Origin: Octopus sinensis
Taxonomy: Eukaryota
Assembly (NCBI RefSeq): GCF_006345805.1
Contig: NW_021826731.1
Location: forward strand, 1-11,555
Direction: 5' to 3'
Length of the DNA: 11,555 nucleotides
Part shown: positions 8,094 through 11,555 of the stretch, in pieces
Layout: each line of letters starts with the position of its first letter
Position numbering within the stretch: position 1 is the first letter of the stretch
Made by a program: the position numbers and the translations under genes
The notes under the pieces: model-generated
Seen by the model: only the letters and a program-made list of their open reading frames with translations
Database searches by the model: none
What the model was told of the DNA's origin: nothing

Positions 8094-8098
8094 ATATA
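8035..8098. repeat. (TA)n microsatellite
   Basis: Direct reading. Confidence 0.95.
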
Positions 8099-8325
8099 GG
8101 AAAATTGAATAAGGAGAAGAACTCGCAGGATGTGCATCTGGTCGAAACATATGTTGAAGAATTCAGGATATAAATGGTTTAACAACATCCTGAGAGTTCA
8201 CCTCCTTATTCAATTTTCCTATTTTCTACTAAATTCGACTTACTATTTAATTCCTGGAACACTTAAGCAGCATTTAGCTACCTTGTAATTAATTATTCCC
8301 CTAATTTTTCCATTGAATTGTAAAC
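8097..8325. mobile_element. Unclassified microsatellite-embedded element starting with a 37-bp inverted repeat (8097-8133 / 8185-8221)
   Basis: taggaaaattgaataaggagaagaactcgcaggatgt against the reverse complement taggaaaattgaataaggaggtgaactctcaggatgt: 34/37 identical, 51-nt spacer. The extent beyond 8221 is uncertain. Confidence 0.6.
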
Positions 8326-8329
8326 TCTT

Positions 8330-8343
8330 TCTCTCTCTCTCTC

Positions 8344-8378
<35 letters not shown>

Positions 8379-8393
8379 ATGATGATGATGACG

Positions 8394-8444
<51 letters not shown>

Positions 8445-8605
8445 TTATATTATATTACATTATATATACACATATATACATAGGGAGAAGAGTGGTAGAT
8501 AGATATAACACATATCTAGGCATATATGTATGTGTATATAGTATATTTATCATACATATATATGCATATATTTATGTATTTATTTATGCATGTATATATA
8601 CATAC
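8330..8605. repeat. Compound (CT)n-(AT)n-(GAT)n-(AT)n-(GA)n microsatellite followed by AT-rich repeats
   Basis: Direct reading. Confidence 0.95.
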
Positions 8606-8610
8606 ATACA

Positions 8611-8730
8611 TATAGATATGGTTGGATAGTCAGTCATCAGTTACACCTGGGAATACATTCAGGTATCATAAGTCTGTGTATTTGATCAAAGCTAACCTAG
8701 GGTTTAACAACAACAGCAACAACCACAACA
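8611..8730 (+). mobile_element. Possible retroposon 3' end with a (CAA)n tail
   Basis: A unique 95-nt stretch ends abruptly in aacaacaacagcaacaaccacaaca. There is no second copy in the window. Confidence 0.3.
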
Positions 8731-8750
8731 TTTATAATATATATATATAC

Positions 8751-8987
8751 GGCAGGTCCATGTAAAAGCGCCCGTGCAATGTCACGTAAAAGCACCTATG
8801 CAGTGCCATGGAAAAGCACCAAGCACACTTTTTAGAGTGGTTGACATTTGGAAGGGCATCCAGCCATAGAAACCATGCCAAATCAAACTGGATCCTAGTA
8901 CAGCTCCCCAGCTTGTCAGCTCTGGTCAAACCGTCCAACCCATGCCAGCATGGACAATGGACGTTAAACAGTGATGATGGTAATGAT
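8751..8987 (+). mobile_element. Family R retroposon 3' region with an internal 24-nt tandem repeat and a (GAT)n-like tail
   Basis: ggaagggcatccagccatagaaacc...ccaacccatgccagcatggacaatggacgttaaacagtgatgatggtaatgat. The terminal motif is shared with 5926-6045. Confidence 0.7.
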
Positions 8988-9202
8988 ATATATACATATA
9001 ATATATTATATATAACTAGTACCACCCTTATTGGCCACCACTCAGCACATAAGTTCTACCTTATGTGTCCATCTATCCATTACCCAAACAAACATCCATC
9101 CAGCCACATCAAACACTATTACAAATAGTTTCCCCAACTTTCTCAGGAGCTGTGAAATAGATATGAAATCATATTTCTTCTCTCTCAATAACTTTTTTGT
9201 AG

Positions 9203-9320
9203 TTTCTTTCCTTTATATTTTCCTTTATCATTTATTCCCTCTTTTTCTTTTGTTTCTTCATTTCTTTTTTTTTCTTCATTTCTTTTTCTTTTTTTTTTTT
9301 TGTTGCCTCCTTCTTTCCAG
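9203..9320 (+). promoter_or_regulatory. Long polypyrimidine tract with a candidate 3' splice site (AG at 9319-9320)
   Basis: 116 nt without an AG dinucleotide, strongly T/C-rich, ending tgcctccttctttccag|A. Confidence 0.45.
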
Positions 9321-9483
9321 AACATTCCACTCACTGGTGCAGATAATTAAACATTGCTAACAATAGAATATTTTTCACAAAGAATTTCAAAAACAAAACT
9401 GTTATTTTGGGATCATTGTAGGATATATGTGTGTGTGTATAAGTGTGTAAGTGCAGGAGGTGGTATGTAAGGTGGTTATAGCT

Positions 9484-9787
9484 TTGTTGTTGTTGTTGTT
9501 GTTGCTGGTTTCATTTTGATATTTTAGTTTCTTCTCCTCGCCCCCCTCGCCTCTGTTTTGTTCTTGTGCTTTTATTTGTTCCCCTTTGTCAACATCACTA
9601 TTGTGGCTTGTGGCACTCATCATCATCATCATCTTCATTATAGTCATCATCACTACTGTCCTCATCATCATCCTAGTTAGTTTAATTTTGTAGCTATTGT
9701 TTTTCACCAACACTGGATCCCATAAGTTGGATACTCTGTGCCTAATCAAATCTAGATTTTTCATTACTAATATTCCATATTGATGCC

Positions 9788-9832
<45 letters not shown>

Positions 9833-9913
9833 GTATTACCATCACTATTATCATTATTTTGACTTCAATTAATTTCATTGACATGTGTGTATTTGTATAT
9901 ATGTACATGTGTA

Positions 9914-9964
<51 letters not shown>

Positions 9965-9990
9965 TTATAAATATATATTATATATATATA

Positions 9991-10036
<46 letters not shown>

Positions 10037-10310
10037 GTTTGGTGACATGTGAGAAATCATCAGTCAATTACCAGCCAACATCAATTATTATCAATCATCA
10101 ATATCATTACTGCTCATCAATCATTGGCATCGTAACTTCATCAACATCAATCATAAACCATCGATCACCCAGCAACATCATCATTACCAATGATTATCAT
10201 CACCATCAGTCACCATCAATCTCTGTCAGTCATCAGTATTGTCACTCATCAATCGTAAGTCATCACCACTCTTTACCACCACCACTATCATGTAACTTCA
10301 TGCTGAATCT
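9484..10310. repeat. Series of microsatellites: (GTT)n about 9484-9505, (CAT)n about 9618-9672, (AAT)n 9788-9830, (TA)n about 9918-10034, degenerate (ATC)n about 10060-10310
   Basis: Direct reading. Confidence 0.9.
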
Positions 10311-10658
10311 CTCAGTACAGTGATGTCTTGAACAAACGTTTTCTATCACAACCTCAGACAGGTGAAAGCCTTGTTAGAAGAAACCTTTAATTACAAATTG
10401 GATTTGAATCTTAGTCCATTGCCTAATTTAACACCCAGGACCTCATCATCAACAGCATCATCACATATCTATTTCTTTAACACAACATTCCACGACCACT
10501 TAAATCCCTTGCCACTTACACCCATCGGACATTCTCCATACTTTTGAGATGACCACACCCAGCTCGGTCATCTCTCTTCCACACAACAGCATCAGTTTCC
10601 TCATACATGTGTATACAAACACAAACACACACAGCACATGTGTGCGCATGCATGTGTG

Positions 10659-10799
10659 GTTTCCATCTACCAAATCAACTCACAAGGCTTTTGTCAGCAC
10701 AGGGCTATAGTAGAAGACACTTGCAAAAGATACCAAGCAACAGGACTGAACCTGAGACCACGATTAAGAAGCCAGATTTTCAACCAAACAGCCACTCAC
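10659..10799 (-). mobile_element. Family V SINE head
   Basis: Minus strand gagtggctgtttggttg (A-box-like), GGTTCAGTCC (B-box-like), gcaagtgtcttctactatagccc, gatttggtagatggaaac. Aligns with 7882-7975. Confidence 0.75.
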
Positions 10800-10818
10800 G
10801 ATATATGATATATATTAT

Positions 10819-10952
10819 ATTCTTTTATTCTTTTACTTGTTTCAGTCTTTTGATTGCAGTCATGTTGAAGCACCACCTTATAGAAATCAACCCCAGCACT
10901 TATTCTTTGTAAGCCTAGCACTTACTCTATCGGTCTCTTTTGCCAAACTGCA
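10819..10952 (-). mobile_element. Family V SINE 3' part
   Basis: Aligns with 7631-7775 and 2958-2996. Confidence 0.7.
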
Positions 10953-11091
10953 ATGTGTAACTGGTACTTATTTTATTGACCCCAAAAAGATGGAAAGGCA
11001 AAGACAACCTCAGCTGAATTTGAACTCAGGATGTACATACAGATGGATAAAATGCTGTTAAGTATTTGGCCCAATGCACTAACAATTCTGC
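10953..11091 (-). mobile_element. Family K SINE head plus core, fused to the family V 3' part
   Basis: ctggtacttattttattgaccccaaaaagatggaaaggcaaag...gaatttgaactcag...ctaacaattctgc is collinear with 1085-1195. Confidence 0.75.
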
Positions 11092-11166
11092 AATAATGAT
11101 GATTATGATAACAAATCACACCATAATTTTAAGAACCTATCCAGTACTGAAATACCCAAATGAAAC

Positions 11167-11331
11167 TACCATAATTTAATGTGTATAAGGAACCCTTTTT
11201 TGTCAAAAATTAGGTTAAAAGATATGGGAGTTTCTTATACATGGACAGTATTTATAATTCCTTACAAAACCTTTTTTCCACATTTTAAGCCCCAAAATTA
11301 GGGGGTTCATTATACATGTTAAAATACAGTA
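11167..11331. mobile_element. 161-bp MITE (11169-11329) with 27-bp TIRs and TA target-site duplication; Tc1/mariner superfamily, Tc2-like by inferred CCGTA terminus
   Basis: Left TIR ccataatttaatgtgtataaggaaccc against reverse-complemented right TIR ctgtattttaacatgtataatgaaccc: 21/27 identical. TA at 11167-11168 and 11330-11331. Confidence 0.7.
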
Positions 11332-11388
11332 TATCCCTGTTTACTGGTTTTGTGCCTCTGTTAAGTCATTATATTATTATTATTATTA

Positions 11389-11487
11389 AATTCCGCTGGG
11401 GTTGACTTTGCCTTTCATCCTTTCAGGGTCAATAAATTAAGTACCAGTGAAACACTGGGGTCAATGTAATGGCCTATAGTAGAAAGG
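11389..11487 (+). mobile_element. 5'-truncated, internally deleted family K SINE between 21-nt direct repeats
   Basis: Core gttgactttgcctttcatcctttcagggtcaataaattaagtaccagt. attatattattattattatta occurs at both 11368-11388 and 11488-11508. Confidence 0.8.
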
Positions 11488-11555
11488 ATTATATTATTAT
11501 TATTATTATCATTTTTATTTTTACTATTACTATCATTATTATTATTATCCATATA
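11488..11555. repeat. (ATT)n microsatellite / SINE tail
   Basis: Direct reading. Confidence 0.85.

Noticed and set aside
8119-8165. Second hammerhead-like motif (cgcagga...cgaaacatatgtt)
   Set aside because: GAAAC with a palindromic stem is present, but the CUGANGA box is broken at essential positions and stem I does not pair.
6640-8827. CRISPR-like periodicity in the about 150-160 nt units or the 24-nt repeat
   Set aside because: The repeats are degenerate and contiguous, with no unique spacers and no cas genes, in a eukaryotic context.
9827-9832. AATAAA as a polyadenylation signal for the 9321 exon
   Set aside because: It arises at the end of an (AAT)n run, and AATAAA is common by chance in this composition.
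9402-9920. 172-aa minus-strand ORF with poly-Tyr, Met and Asn runs
   Set aside because: It is built from (AAT)n, (CAT)n and (GTT)n repeats.
4908-11303. Isolated TTAGGG hexamers (4908, 6367, 6394, 11298)
   Set aside because: They are single occurrences, mostly within repeat elements, with no tandem telomeric array.
1-11555. A novel multi-gene system (defence, mobile or metabolic)
   Set aside because: There are no credible long ORFs or operon-like structure. The window is largely explained by microsatellites, non-autonomous elements and a few short unique islands.

Overview
AT-rich, microsatellite-dense eukaryotic DNA that is non-coding or mostly intronic. The mix of (TA)n/(TG)n/(CAT)n/(AAT)n tracts with tRNA-headed SINEs, MITE-like elements and a Penelope-like terminus resembles an octopus genome; this is my recollection of the repeat families, not a database result. 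About 20 mobile-element fragments can be delimited by eye. No protein-coding gene is securely identifiable, and nearly all ORFs in the track are microsatellite or repeat artefacts. A few unique islands (about 2266-2565, 7232-7285, 9203-9350, 10330-10610) carry splice or start signals and are low-confidence exon candidates. The most interesting structures are: (1) a degenerate hammerhead-like core in a (TA)n-embedded element; (2) an inverted retroposon pair and a 37-bp inverted repeat that could form dsRNA; (3) a tandem MITE-like array with a shared breakpoint; (4) three SINEs with one head but three different bodies. I find no convincing evidence of a new multi-gene system. SINE family labels T, K, V and R are working labels only.
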